Of a stretch of 64,000 nucleotides of DNA, positions 38,860-48,249 are shown piece by piece; the stretch's first letter is position 1, and every line of letters begins with the position of its first letter. The stretch covers positions 36,890 through 100,889 of the forward strand of contig CAZWJU010000003.1 in the NCBI GenBank assembly GCA_964634365.1. The letters are read 5' to 3'. Origin of the DNA: an uncultured Candidatus Saccharibacteria bacterium (GTDB lineage: Bacteria > Patescibacteriota > Minisyncoccia > Phycocordibacterales > UBA9973). The notes below the pieces were generated by a model. It was not told the DNA's origin, searched no databases, and saw nothing but the letters and a program-made list of their open reading frames with translations. The position numbers were made by a program, and so were the translations under genes.

Positions 38860-39606
38860 TTATGAAACTACTTCCATATCTACTTTTACAGTATACAGGA
38901 AGCTGAGAACTTTATCTTGGTATTCTTCAGTAAAATTCTGAGAAAAAAGAAATATTTTAACGGACGAAATTGGTATTTTATCTTTTGGAATATTTTTGTA
39001 TTCACCGTTTCGCTTTATTTTTTCTTTTTCCTTTATGCCATATAGAATTTGACACAAAGATTCGATTCTCAAAAGAGATGACTCGTCTCCATATTGATCA
39101 ATACTAATAGACGACTTAAATTCATCTATGGAGCATACGGGTATCAATTTTTTTTCCTTTGGCTCAAATTTAGAATGGTCTATTTTTACATCTTTAAATA
39201 ATCCATCTTTATATTTTGAATATTCTTTATTTTTTTCGAGCCATGCTTCCAAGTCATTCTTTAGGGCTAAATACCTATCATTGCTCGCATAAGCAACACT
39301 TTCAAAATCTTTATGCCTGTTGTTGTAGTATATAACCATACAATGAGCACTTTTGCCGTTTTTTGGAGCACCAGTAAGCTCGGCAATCTTTTTCAAAGAC
39401 AATTCACGCGACAAATGCTCTGAAAGCTTCACGCAAAGTAGAGTTTTTAATTCTATTATCTCCTTCTTGCGCGACTTGTTCTCATACATAATTTGCTCGC
39501 GAGTAATTTTAATTATTGCGTTTTGTATAATGCCTTCTACCAAAATATCTCTTAGGATTATGTCTTCACCCGAAATGTCTCTATATATACTTTCACGTTT
39601 TTTCAT
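38860..39606 (-). CDS. Hypothetical protein with DnaA domain IV-like HTH
   Basis: KSRKKEIIELKTLLC...LSLKKIAELTG...HCMVIY resembles the Bac_DnaA_C pattern; no AAA+ domain. Confidence 0.5.
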   Translation of the reverse strand: MKKRESIYRDISGEDIILRDILVEGIIQNAIIKITREQIMYENKSRKKEIIELKTLLCVKLSEHLSRELSLKKIAELTGAPKNGKSAHCMVIYYNNRHKDFESVAYASNDRYLALKNDLEAWLEKNKEYSKYKDGLFKDVKIDHSKFEPKEKKLIPVCSIDEFKSSISIDQYGDESSLLRIESLCQILYGIKEKEKIKRNGEYKNIPKDKIPISSVKIFLFSQNFTEEYQDKVLSFLYTVKVDMEVVS

Positions 39607-39685
39607 GACGAACTTTTTCTATAATATACAAGAAAAGTACTAAATGTAAAGAAAAAGAAAAACCCCACATTTCGGGGTTTTTAAA

Positions 39686-40270
39686 TTAGATATATTTGGA
39701 AACAAACTCCCAAATATCTTCGTGTACTTCTTCGGGGGTTTGGTTAGCATTTACAATACCCCAGCCGTAGTCTTTTGCGAGCTCCATGTGTACTTCACGT
39801 ACACGTTTTATGAGCGGATTGTCATTTTCATGCTTGTGACCAGACTCTATACCCGAAGAAAAACGGTGTCCATCCATAAGTACGGCAAAATCTTCCTTTA
39901 AAAGATCGGAGTTTGCTTGAATCAAAAAATTTTTATCTACACCTGCTCCGACCCCCCAAGCAATACCAGTACCGGTATAATCTTCGGCGATTACAATATT
40001 GTTTTCAAGTAAACCAAGTAAATCCTTCTCGAAATCTCGACGATTTTGAGCATAGATAATTTGAGCTTCTTGTGGAGTCAATTTTTCAGGATTTCCTTTA
40101 CGCAAGTAATCATTGAGCCTAACTCCAGAAGGAATATCGTAAATAGGGTACTTGATAACCTTTGTGTTCAAGCCCATTGTGGAAAGCATTTCTCCAAGCA
40201 TTTTAGTCTGAGTAGACTTTCCGATGTTGTTTATGCCGTAAACGGCGATAAATAAGTTGCTTTTTCTCAT
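39686..40270 (-). CDS. tmk: Thymidylate kinase (divergent)
   Basis: GINNIGKSTQ P-loop, KYP, YAQNR, HE, IVNANQTPEEVH; lies in a dTTP gene cluster. Confidence 0.8.
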   Translation of the reverse strand: MRKSNLFIAVYGINNIGKSTQTKMLGEMLSTMGLNTKVIKYPIYDIPSGVRLNDYLRKGNPEKLTPQEAQIIYAQNRRDFEKDLLGLLENNIVIAEDYTGTGIAWGVGAGVDKNFLIQANSDLLKEDFAVLMDGHRFSSGIESGHKHENDNPLIKRVREVHMELAKDYGWGIVNANQTPEEVHEDIWEFVSKYI

Positions 40271-40329
40271 ATAAAAAACATTTTGTCTTCCGTATTTGTA
40301 CCACTTAGAAAAACAAAAAGAAAGTATTG

Positions 40330-41493
40330 CTACTTTCTTAAAATCGTGTTGATTTTTTCAGCTATTTTTTTCATATCTTTCTCTGTTTTTCCTCTTGTAG
40401 TTTCTGCGGCTGTGCCGAGTCTAATCCCAGATGGATCAAAAGGAGAACGCAACTCAAACGGGATAGTATTTTTATTTACTATAATTCCCTCTCTCTCAAG
40501 ACGCTCACTCGCCTCTTTACCAGAAATACCTTTTCCACTCATCCAAGTATCTACCAAAATCAAATGTGAATCAGTTCCACCAGACACAATTCTCCAGCCA
40601 AATTTTTGAAGTAGAGAAGCAAGGTTTTTTGAATTTTTAATTATCTGTTTTGTGTATTTTTTGAATTCAGGTTTGCTGGCTTCATAAAGCGCAACAGCAG
40701 TAGCAGCAATTTGATTTTCATGTGGACCACCTTGGAGTCCGGGAAAAACTGCCTTATCAATTTTTTCAGAAAATTCTTTTTTAGAAAAAATCATAGCCCC
40801 ACGTGGACCACGAAGAGTTTTGTGGGTTGTGGTAGTGACAACATCTGCATATGGAAAAGGTGACGGATACACTCCACCAGCCACAAGTCCAGCTATGTGA
40901 GACATATCTACTAAAAGCAAAGCGCCGACAGAATCCGCAATATGGCGGAATTTTTCCCAATCAACAACTCTTGGATACGCAGTAAATCCTGCGACAACTA
41001 TGTCTGGTTTGTGCAAAGCGGCCTCACGTTTTAAATCTTCATAATCTAAAACCTCCTTGTCTTTGTCTACATGGTATGGGATCTGTTTCCAAAAAATTCC
41101 TGAAGCTGAAACTTTATGTCCGTGTGTTAGGTGGCCACCACTCTCAAGAGACATCCCAAATATCTTCCCACCCTCTGGAACAAGTGCAGTGTAAACTGCA
41201 AGGTTTGCAGGAGACCCAGAAAGCGGTTGAACATTTACACTCCACTTATCTTTGTCCAATTTAAATAATTTTAAAGCTCGACTTTGCGCAAGCTTCTCAA
41301 TTTTATCTATTGTTGAATTACCTCCATAGTAGCGTCTATCTGGATAGCCTTCGGAATATTTATTTGTTAGAACACTTCCAAGTGCCCCCAAAACATCTTT
41401 TGAAACATAGTTTTCAGACGCAATCAAATTCACCACGCTTTTCTGGCGCTTACTTTCCTCTTCGACTAGTTTTTTAATCTGTAAATCTTTCAT
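40330..41493 (-). CDS. glyA: Serine hydroxymethyltransferase
   Basis: LIASENY, NKYSEGYP, GGHLTHG, TTTTHKTLRGPRG, FPGLQGGP. Confidence 0.98.
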   Translation of the reverse strand: MKDLQIKKLVEEESKRQKSVVNLIASENYVSKDVLGALGSVLTNKYSEGYPDRRYYGGNSTIDKIEKLAQSRALKLFKLDKDKWSVNVQPLSGSPANLAVYTALVPEGGKIFGMSLESGGHLTHGHKVSASGIFWKQIPYHVDKDKEVLDYEDLKREAALHKPDIVVAGFTAYPRVVDWEKFRHIADSVGALLLVDMSHIAGLVAGGVYPSPFPYADVVTTTTHKTLRGPRGAMIFSKKEFSEKIDKAVFPGLQGGPHENQIAATAVALYEASKPEFKKYTKQIIKNSKNLASLLQKFGWRIVSGGTDSHLILVDTWMSGKGISGKEASERLEREGIIVNKNTIPFELRSPFDPSGIRLGTAAETTRGKTEKDMKKIAEKINTILRK

Positions 41494-41568
41494 TATGCTT
41501 TAGATATTAGCATGTAAAATTGTTTTTTTAAATAAAAAAACAAAACCCCGAAATTTCGGGGTTTTTGT

Positions 41569-43023
41569 TTATTTCTTCTCCACAATATCGTGAAGTCCAC
41601 GCTTCATATCCCACTCACTGTCGGACATGTCCACATGGAGTTTCAAATCTGGAAATTCGCGCATCATATATTCTGCGCACTTCTTTTCCATATTGCGCAC
41701 TGTTGGATGCACCGCAAGCCCAGTTCTCAATTCCTGTACGAACACCTCTGAGACAAGATTACGGGAGAATTCCACTGGCACTTTAAATCCCATCGGGATA
41801 AGATACTGAAAATCAACTTCAGGATATTCATTTCTGTTCATCGAAGAGATAATTGATTCAACTCTTTCAATAACATACTTGGCTTTTACAAATAAACTGT
41901 CTGGGAGCTGATCAAAATACCACTCCTCAAATCCATGATTTGTAACGAGGAGTGGAACCTCTGTAATACCATTACGCTGACGCTGAATGTCACGAAACGA
42001 ACGATAATCCAGAAATGTCTTAATGTGAACACTTCCGAGCTTACCCATTACTTTCGGCAACTCTGTTTTTACCGGACGAGCATCAATATATTTCTGATAA
42101 TTTGCGAGACCTATACGATCAATTGTATCTGTCATTTCAAACTCCGGCCAATCACCTTCAGGTACAAAATAACACAAATCCCTGGCGCACATTTCCCAAT
42201 AAGCATCTTGCTCCGGATATTTTTTCTTTTTAATATATGTTGCCGGAAATTTTTCCTTCAGCACAGACAAAATCGAGTATGCAATCGCACGCACCTCAGA
42301 GGACGGATTGTGTACAAGCAATTTCTGTTGTTCATCAATCTGACGCAAGTTCATATGAATCGAAGCATTGGTCCTGGCTCCTGCCGGCAAAAACGCTCCA
42401 AGAATATCGAACATCTTTGCATTAATTGCTTTTTCGTATTGAGCCTCCCATTCTTTGTCCGTTTTATCCTCAGGTTTTTCTCCAATTGGAAAACGCTCTT
42501 TCAGATATGGAGGCATAATACGAAGACCTTGTTCGTAAAAATCCATCAGGATATCAATAACTGCTTTTGATGCAGAATTATCGATCGGATCGTAACAACC
42601 AAGTTTAGTCATAGCGACATACCTGGTACTTGTTTCTTGTCCATTGTAAAGCGGCCAATTTTGGAATTGTTTTGCAGCAATCATAGAAAGGCCATCGATG
42701 TAGAATGTGATTGTTCCACAATCCCCAATTGATTTGTCTCCATAATTTACATAAAACATCTCCATAAAATCTGCAGAACCTTTCTGTAATACCTTTTTCA
42801 GATTCACAAACATTCCACCAGAGCTTCGAGAGTTAAGCGACTGCAACATCGCATTATCTTCTGGGCTGTCAAGATCAAAAAGTGACACAACAACGCCGGT
42901 GTCAGTTTGGTTTGAAGTTATTTTATTTAAAATCAACTTCACTTCTTCTCGTCTCTCAGACGGAAGAGAGGACAGAAAATCAGACATCTTCTGTTCAACA
43001 ATTGGGTTTAGTTCTTTTTCCAT
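41569..43023 (-). CDS. thyX: FAD-dependent thymidylate synthase, tandem-domain type
   Basis: YGDKSIGD, QETSTRY, LPAGARTN, FRDIQRQR, ELRTGLAVHPTVR. Confidence 0.8.
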   Translation of the reverse strand: MEKELNPIVEQKMSDFLSSLPSERREEVKLILNKITSNQTDTGVVVSLFDLDSPEDNAMLQSLNSRSSGGMFVNLKKVLQKGSADFMEMFYVNYGDKSIGDCGTITFYIDGLSMIAAKQFQNWPLYNGQETSTRYVAMTKLGCYDPIDNSASKAVIDILMDFYEQGLRIMPPYLKERFPIGEKPEDKTDKEWEAQYEKAINAKMFDILGAFLPAGARTNASIHMNLRQIDEQQKLLVHNPSSEVRAIAYSILSVLKEKFPATYIKKKKYPEQDAYWEMCARDLCYFVPEGDWPEFEMTDTIDRIGLANYQKYIDARPVKTELPKVMGKLGSVHIKTFLDYRSFRDIQRQRNGITEVPLLVTNHGFEEWYFDQLPDSLFVKAKYVIERVESIISSMNRNEYPEVDFQYLIPMGFKVPVEFSRNLVSEVFVQELRTGLAVHPTVRNMEKKCAEYMMREFPDLKLHVDMSDSEWDMKRGLHDIVEKK

Positions 43024-43111
43024 TTTGTTAAATTTACATTTCTGGCCTATTTCTACACTAAATATTGACCTGAGTCAATAAAAAGAAAACCCGCAAAATG
43101 CGGGTTTATAT

Positions 43112-44218
43112 TTAAATGAACTGCTTGGCCAGTTTGGCCTTTATCTGCTTCGTATAATTTGAAGAAATCGAATCATAGTGTATTTCCGGCACTTCAGCCA
43201 AATGCTCATATCTGAGCCTGGCGATTGGTTGCCTGTGTCTTACACACATATTTTCAAATGCTCGTACTTCAAGCGTCAGCGGGCGACCGAATCCCTTACC
43301 ATCTGCGCCTATCCCCCATCCTGGATCAATGAATCCGGCGTAGTGAGATCTAAACTCACCGAACCGATCATCTATTGATGCCATTTCAGAAGCATATTCA
43401 ACCGGAACTGAAACATTCTCGTATGAAGAAAGAATGTAAAATCTACCTGACTCGAGCGTAACAAAACCATCTTTACCAAAAACAATATCGAAGAAATCTT
43501 CCTTTTTATATGTCTGCTTGATATCAACGATAAGCTTTTGTTTTTTCTTGGCAACATAACCAAGTGGCAAATCGCTTTCTTTTGCATCAATTGTCAGAAC
43601 CACAGATCTCTGATTGTCTTTGGCTTGCATATTTTTGAAACTGATAACTTTCTTGCTTTCAGGATCGAAAATAAGTCCTGGATTTTGCATTAACGTCTCG
43701 AGTTCAAAGTTGCTAATCCTGGTATCAGAATAACAAAGCCTAAGCTGATTTAAACAAATATCTTCACAAAGCAAAATTCCAAAAGATTTTGGTTTTATAA
43801 GCAACCACAAATCTCCAGACCAACCACGCTTAAATATTGAATCGTATGGAGAAGTATGGTCAGCCAAAAGTCGTACATGTAAATCGAGCCTACCGGATGT
43901 AGATTTTGGATTTGCATATCCATAAACACCTTGCGGCAAATCAAGATGTTCATTTAATTTTGCTACATATGTATGATTTGGGCGAAGTGGTTTTTCAATA
44001 GAATATTTTGTAGAACCAACTTCTTGCATTGTCTCCCAAACTGTTTTATCGTCTGGAACTTGAAAAGAATTTTCAACTTCATATATCTCACCAGAAAGTG
44101 ACAGGTCGATAGATGCGGGTTTAATATTGCTATCTTTTACTCCACAAATAAAACCATTGTTTGCAAGCACTCGTAAGTGCTGCGCAGGTAATGCACCAGA
44201 AAATTTCTCTATATTCAT
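43112..44218 (-). CDS. dcd: dCTP deaminase (long two-domain form)
   Basis: PASIDLSL, ANPKSTSGRLD, GEFRSHYAGFIDPGWG, LEVR. Confidence 0.9.
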   Translation of the reverse strand: MNIEKFSGALPAQHLRVLANNGFICGVKDSNIKPASIDLSLSGEIYEVENSFQVPDDKTVWETMQEVGSTKYSIEKPLRPNHTYVAKLNEHLDLPQGVYGYANPKSTSGRLDLHVRLLADHTSPYDSIFKRGWSGDLWLLIKPKSFGILLCEDICLNQLRLCYSDTRISNFELETLMQNPGLIFDPESKKVISFKNMQAKDNQRSVVLTIDAKESDLPLGYVAKKKQKLIVDIKQTYKKEDFFDIVFGKDGFVTLESGRFYILSSYENVSVPVEYASEMASIDDRFGEFRSHYAGFIDPGWGIGADGKGFGRPLTLEVRAFENMCVRHRQPIARLRYEHLAEVPEIHYDSISSNYTKQIKAKLAKQFI

Positions 44219-44335
44219 AAAAGTATCTTTTGCTTCGAATCTACCATATGAGAAGTGATATTAGCAAACAATTTTCTAGCTATATCAAAAATGACTTTTA
44301 CGTGCTATCCTAAGTTCAAACAAAGCTCCTATTTT

Positions 44336-44860
44336 ATGAAAGTAATCATCTGGGCCGTCTTACAAAGCTCAGAAAACCCAAAACTAGACAGAGGTATAGG
44401 AAAAGCAAACAAAACATTGGTAAACATAAAAACAGCCAATGAACGCTTCAATAGCCTAACAAAAGGCCACACTGTAATCATGGGCAGATTCACATACGAA
44501 TCGTTGCCCGACAGACTAAGGCCTATAATTGGACGAAGAAATATCGTTATTAGTAAAAGCCCTGAATTCTATCCTCATAAAGATGTGATCGTAGTAGCAT
44601 CTTTAACAGAAGCAATCAAAGAGGCTGCAAAATTTGAAGAAACGGAAATCTTCATAATTGGAGGAGAAAAAGTATTTGAGCAAGCTTTTTCTGACGAGAT
44701 AGTGGACACATTAGAAATTGTTCTAGTGAGTTCAAATATAAAAGCTGATAGATTTTTCCCAAAATGGGAATCATTTGGTAAAATAACTTACTCCGAAAGT
44801 GGAGTAGACCCAAAAACTGGATTAGAGTACACCTTTCTAACAATCGAAAAAAATAAATAA
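44336..44860 (+). CDS. folA: Dihydrofolate reductase homologue with degenerate folate site
   Basis: GIG, VIMGRFTYESLP, GRRNIVIS, IFIIGGEKVF, ADRFFP; start at MKVII. Confidence 0.75.
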   Translation: MKVIIWAVLQSSENPKLDRGIGKANKTLVNIKTANERFNSLTKGHTVIMGRFTYESLPDRLRPIIGRRNIVISKSPEFYPHKDVIVVASLTEAIKEAAKFEETEIFIIGGEKVFEQAFSDEIVDTLEIVLVSSNIKADRFFPKWESFGKITYSESGVDPKTGLEYTFLTIEKNK

Positions 44861-44887
44861 AAAAAGCAGTCACCTTGACTGCTTTTC

Positions 44888-45012
44888 TATTAGGTATTAG
44901 GGAAAAGGTTATAGCGAATAGTAAAGAAAAACATAGAAAAAATCTCCTGCGGAGATTTTTTCTATTAGAATTATGTTTTCATTCTTCACTATTCCCTATT
45001 CCCTTGCCCCTC
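44888..45012. repeat. Heptamer-built long inverted repeat containing the rplK terminator
   Basis: Left arm TAGGGAAAAGGTTATAGCGAATAGTAAAG; right arm CTTCACTATTCCCTATTCCCTTGCCCCT; core AGAAAAAATCTCC-TGC-GGAGATTTTTTCT. Confidence 0.65.
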
Positions 45013-45019
45013 TTTGCCG

Positions 45020-45442
45020 TTATATAACGTCGATTCCTGCTGAACGAGCAGAGCCTTCTACGATTTTCATTGCTCCTTCGATATCTTTTGCATTTAAGTC
45101 TACTAGTTTCTTTTCTGCAATTTCTCTCACTTGTGCTTTTGTAATCTTTCCTGCCTTTGAAGTATTTGGTCTTCCAGATCCTTTTTCGATTCCAGCTGCC
45201 TTAAATATAAGACCTGCTACTGGTGGAGTCTTGATTACGAAATCGTAAGTTCTGTCTTCATAAACAGAGATTTGTACTCCGACAATATCTCCAGCCATAC
45301 TAGAAGTTGCAGCATTGAACTTAGTAACGAAGTCACCGATGTTAATACCTGCTTGTCCGAGCGCTGGTCCAAGTGGTGGAGCTGGTGTCGCCTTTGCAGC
45401 CGGCACCTGTAGTTTTACTTTTTTGATAATTTTCTTTGCCAT
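45020..45442 (-). CDS. rplK: 50S ribosomal protein uL11
   Basis: [29 protein letters not shown]. Confidence 0.98.
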   Translation of the reverse strand: MAKKIIKKVKLQVPAAKATPAPPLGPALGQAGINIGDFVTKFNAATSSMAGDIVGVQISVYEDRTYDFVIKTPPVAGLIFKAAGIEKGSGRPNTSKAGKITKAQVREIAEKKLVDLNAKDIEGAMKIVEGSARSAGIDVI

Positions 45443-45548
45443 TTTATTAGTTTAAAGTTTATATTTTTAAGTTTTTATAGGGAAACTCATACCCTTGAAG
45501 CTTTTGCGTAACGGGTTTAGATTAACAGAAAATCCGAAAGGTGTAAAG

Positions 45549-46097
45549 CTATAGTTTCTTGACCTGCAAGAAATCTAGTTCCACCGGAGTCTCGCGACCG
45601 AACATTGAAACAAGTACTTTTACCTTACCTCGTTCATGATCTATCTCGTCTACTCTACCTTCCAATTCTTTGAAAGGTCCGTCTGCGATGCGAATAATCT
45701 CTCCAACATCGAGATTGATGTTGTGTTTTGCTGTCTTGTCGACTTCCATTTTACCAAAAAGAGCGTTTACTTCGTCTTGGTTTAGAGGAACAGGATTTAC
45801 TCCAGCACCAACGAATCCTGTAACGCGAGGAGTATTACGAACCACAAACCATGAGTCGTCAGTCACGATCATATCTACTAAAACATAACCAGGGTAAACT
45901 TTCTCTTCTTGTTCTACTCTCTTACCCGCTTTGATTTTAATTTTTTTCTCAACAGGAACAATCACGTTGAATATCTTGTCTTGCATTCCGAGAGATTCGA
46001 TACGCTGCATAAGGTTACGCATAACAGCATTCTCATAGCCTGAGTATGTGTGTATTGCGTACCAATTTCGTGCACCTTGCGCTTCTTGTTTTGCCAT
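45549..46097 (-). CDS. nusG: Transcription elongation factor NusG
   Basis: WYAIHTYSGYE, PGYVLV, VRNTPRVTGFVG, FGRETPVEL. Confidence 0.98.
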   Translation of the reverse strand: MAKQEAQGARNWYAIHTYSGYENAVMRNLMQRIESLGMQDKIFNVIVPVEKKIKIKAGKRVEQEEKVYPGYVLVDMIVTDDSWFVVRNTPRVTGFVGAGVNPVPLNQDEVNALFGKMEVDKTAKHNINLDVGEIIRIADGPFKELEGRVDEIDHERGKVKVLVSMFGRETPVELDFLQVKKL

Positions 46098-46121
46098 ATA
46101 ATTAAAAGTTATTTAAAAAAA

Positions 46122-46304
46122 TTAATAAATCAAAACCTTTTGTAGTCCTGATGAGAATAGGAAATCAAAAAATCCTAACAAATAAGCAACTAGACCTGAA
46201 ATAACCAAAACTGCAACTGTATACAAAATTGCCTGACTTTTAGTTGGCCAATTTACATGCTTTAATTCTGTTTTAGTCTCTCTTAGATAATTTAGTATTT
46301 TCAT
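46122..46304 (-). CDS. secE: Preprotein translocase subunit SecE
   Basis: ELKHVNWP plus a TM helix, directly upstream of nusG. Confidence 0.95.
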   Translation of the reverse strand: MKILNYLRETKTELKHVNWPTKSQAILYTVAVLVISGLVAYLLGFFDFLFSSGLQKVLIY

Positions 46305-46446
46305 ATTTTTACCTACGTTTTTATATAGGATATTCTAATTTGTGTAAAAAATTCTTTATAAAAAAACACCCGGGCGGGGTTGTTTACGTAATATAGTATA
46401 TCAGACCCATAGAAAATGTAAAGGCCGGAATATTCCGGCCTTTTTC

Positions 46447-46923
46447 TTATAAAACTAGTATAAAATCAGGGTCTAACCAGAGGTGGTTTATAGTATCCAA
46501 CCTTTGTTTATGGGTGCGACCATCGCGAAACATAAAATCAAATACATGTTTCAACTTTTCAATATTTTTGCATCCATATTGCCCTTCCTTTAGAACAATA
46601 TCTAGATTGCCGACTTGCTCCACATATATTTTCTTGCCACCGAAATATTTATTTCGATTTATCTCATCGGCAATTTGATAAACATTTAATGTCCCGAAAA
46701 GGACGTGCCATAAAATATGCTTCGTCTTTGGTGCATTTCTATAAAGATTGCTCTTGTTAGAAGTCCCACCTATAGAACGCGGTCGCCTATGGTGATCGTT
46801 GCGACCTGATACGTTGAAAAATTGGATTGTGTTTTGATCTTTTCTGATTTTATAAGCGCTAGCTTTGTCTATCACCTGTTCCTCATAAGGAGAGATGATC
46901 CTACTGGTACTACCTGGTTCCAA
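46447..46923 (-). CDS. Hypothetical protein with HNH-like motif
   Basis: HHRRPRSIGG...SNL...HILWHVLF. Confidence 0.55.
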   Translation of the reverse strand: MEPGSTSRIISPYEEQVIDKASAYKIRKDQNTIQFFNVSGRNDHHRRPRSIGGTSNKSNLYRNAPKTKHILWHVLFGTLNVYQIADEINRNKYFGGKKIYVEQVGNLDIVLKEGQYGCKNIEKLKHVFDFMFRDGRTHKQRLDTINHLWLDPDFILVL

Positions 46924-47025
46924 ATTCTATTATTTTTTTTGATTAGAAAATAGCTTGTTTAATATATTATATATCTACAAATAAAAAACCGCTATCCAAT
47001 TTTGTGTGGATAGCGGTTTTTATGA

Positions 47026-47802
47026 TTAACGTATCTCGTATGTTATGGATACAGAAGATGTAAATTTATTCTCTCCTAGAGGAACCTCTGGAACACTAGA
47101 ACTTTCCTTGGCAGCAGACATGAATCCATCGCCCAAATAGTCATAGGGCATATTGCCGTCTTCTTGGAAACTTACTATTTGAACCAATCTAACATCCAGG
47201 TCTTTAGCTAAAATTTTTGCTTTTTCTTTTGCCATATCTATTGCATTTGCTCTAGCGATTGCTTGGACAGCATCTTCGTCATCAATTGTATAGTTTGGAC
47301 CATATACAAGACTCACACCATTTTCTCCAAGAAGTGCCAAGACAGCTCCTGCCATAGAAGTGTCGTGTAATTTTACTTCTATACTCTCTGAAACTGTATA
47401 GCCAATTATTTTTTGATCATTGTCTCTACAGTAATAGTATGTGCATGGCGTGCCACTATATTTAGGACTAGATGTATATGACGTTGTCTTTATATCTTTG
47501 TCTAAAATACCTAAATCTCTAATACCCTTTAGGTTGGTAGCTACGGCTTCTGTAGTTTTATCTTGAGCCTCTTTAACTGATTCGCCTTCGTTTGTAATAG
47601 TAAAATCAATCAAAGCAACGTCAGGTATAGCAAAAGCTTCTCCTGTTCCAGATACAGTGATCGTAGAAAAAGGACTATTCTCGCCTCTTCGTAGATTTGA
47701 TACTGCATCAACAAATTTTATAAAAACAAACAGTGTTAGTACTACTGATAGTACAGCGACACTATTCATTGCAAATTTTTTTTCATCTATTTTTAAATTC
47801 AT
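47026..47802 (-). CDS. SIMPL-domain (DUF541) protein
   Basis: TITVSGTGEAFAIPDVA, DIKT, ARANAIDMAKEKA, VSITYEI. Confidence 0.92.
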   Translation of the reverse strand: MNLKIDEKKFAMNSVAVLSVVLTLFVFIKFVDAVSNLRRGENSPFSTITVSGTGEAFAIPDVALIDFTITNEGESVKEAQDKTTEAVATNLKGIRDLGILDKDIKTTSYTSSPKYSGTPCTYYYCRDNDQKIIGYTVSESIEVKLHDTSMAGAVLALLGENGVSLVYGPNYTIDDEDAVQAIARANAIDMAKEKAKILAKDLDVRLVQIVSFQEDGNMPYDYLGDGFMSAAKESSSVPEVPLGENKFTSSVSITYEIR

Positions 47803-47843
47803 ATATTTTACGCACAGTGCGTTATTTAAAATAATAAAATGAC

Positions 47844-48248
47844 CTAATCAACAAACTTATCTTTTGTATTTTGAATTATTTCTTTTGTTTTTTCATAAGG
47901 ATCTACCCCCAGGAGTGTATGCATAGCACCTTCTTTTTTAGCATGAGATGCAAGTATATTTATAAAACGCAACATAGTTCCTATGCCTAGAAATATATAA
48001 ACCATTGTAAATATCTTTCCAGCAATTGTTACAGGAGAAACATTGTCAGCGCCTACTGTCGAAAGTGTTGTTACAGCAAAATACAAAGAATCTAGGTACG
48101 ACCATTTCTCAACCAGGTGATAAAAAACTGAACCAGAAAATAATATAACCAATAAAAATATAAGAACACTTCTTACTTCACGCTCACGCAATGCGTCGCG
48201 TAAAGTTCTACCGAATCTAACGAACATCAGAATAAAAATTGAATTCAT
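47844..48248 (-). CDS. Two-TM ion-channel (Ion_trans_2) protein with atypical filter
   Basis: EKWSYLDSLYFAVTTLSTVGADNVSP.T.AGKIFT. Confidence 0.85.
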   Translation of the reverse strand: MNSIFILMFVRFGRTLRDALREREVRSVLIFLLVILFSGSVFYHLVEKWSYLDSLYFAVTTLSTVGADNVSPVTIAGKIFTMVYIFLGIGTMLRFINILASHAKKEGAMHTLLGVDPYEKTKEIIQNTKDKFVD

Positions 48249-48249
48249 A

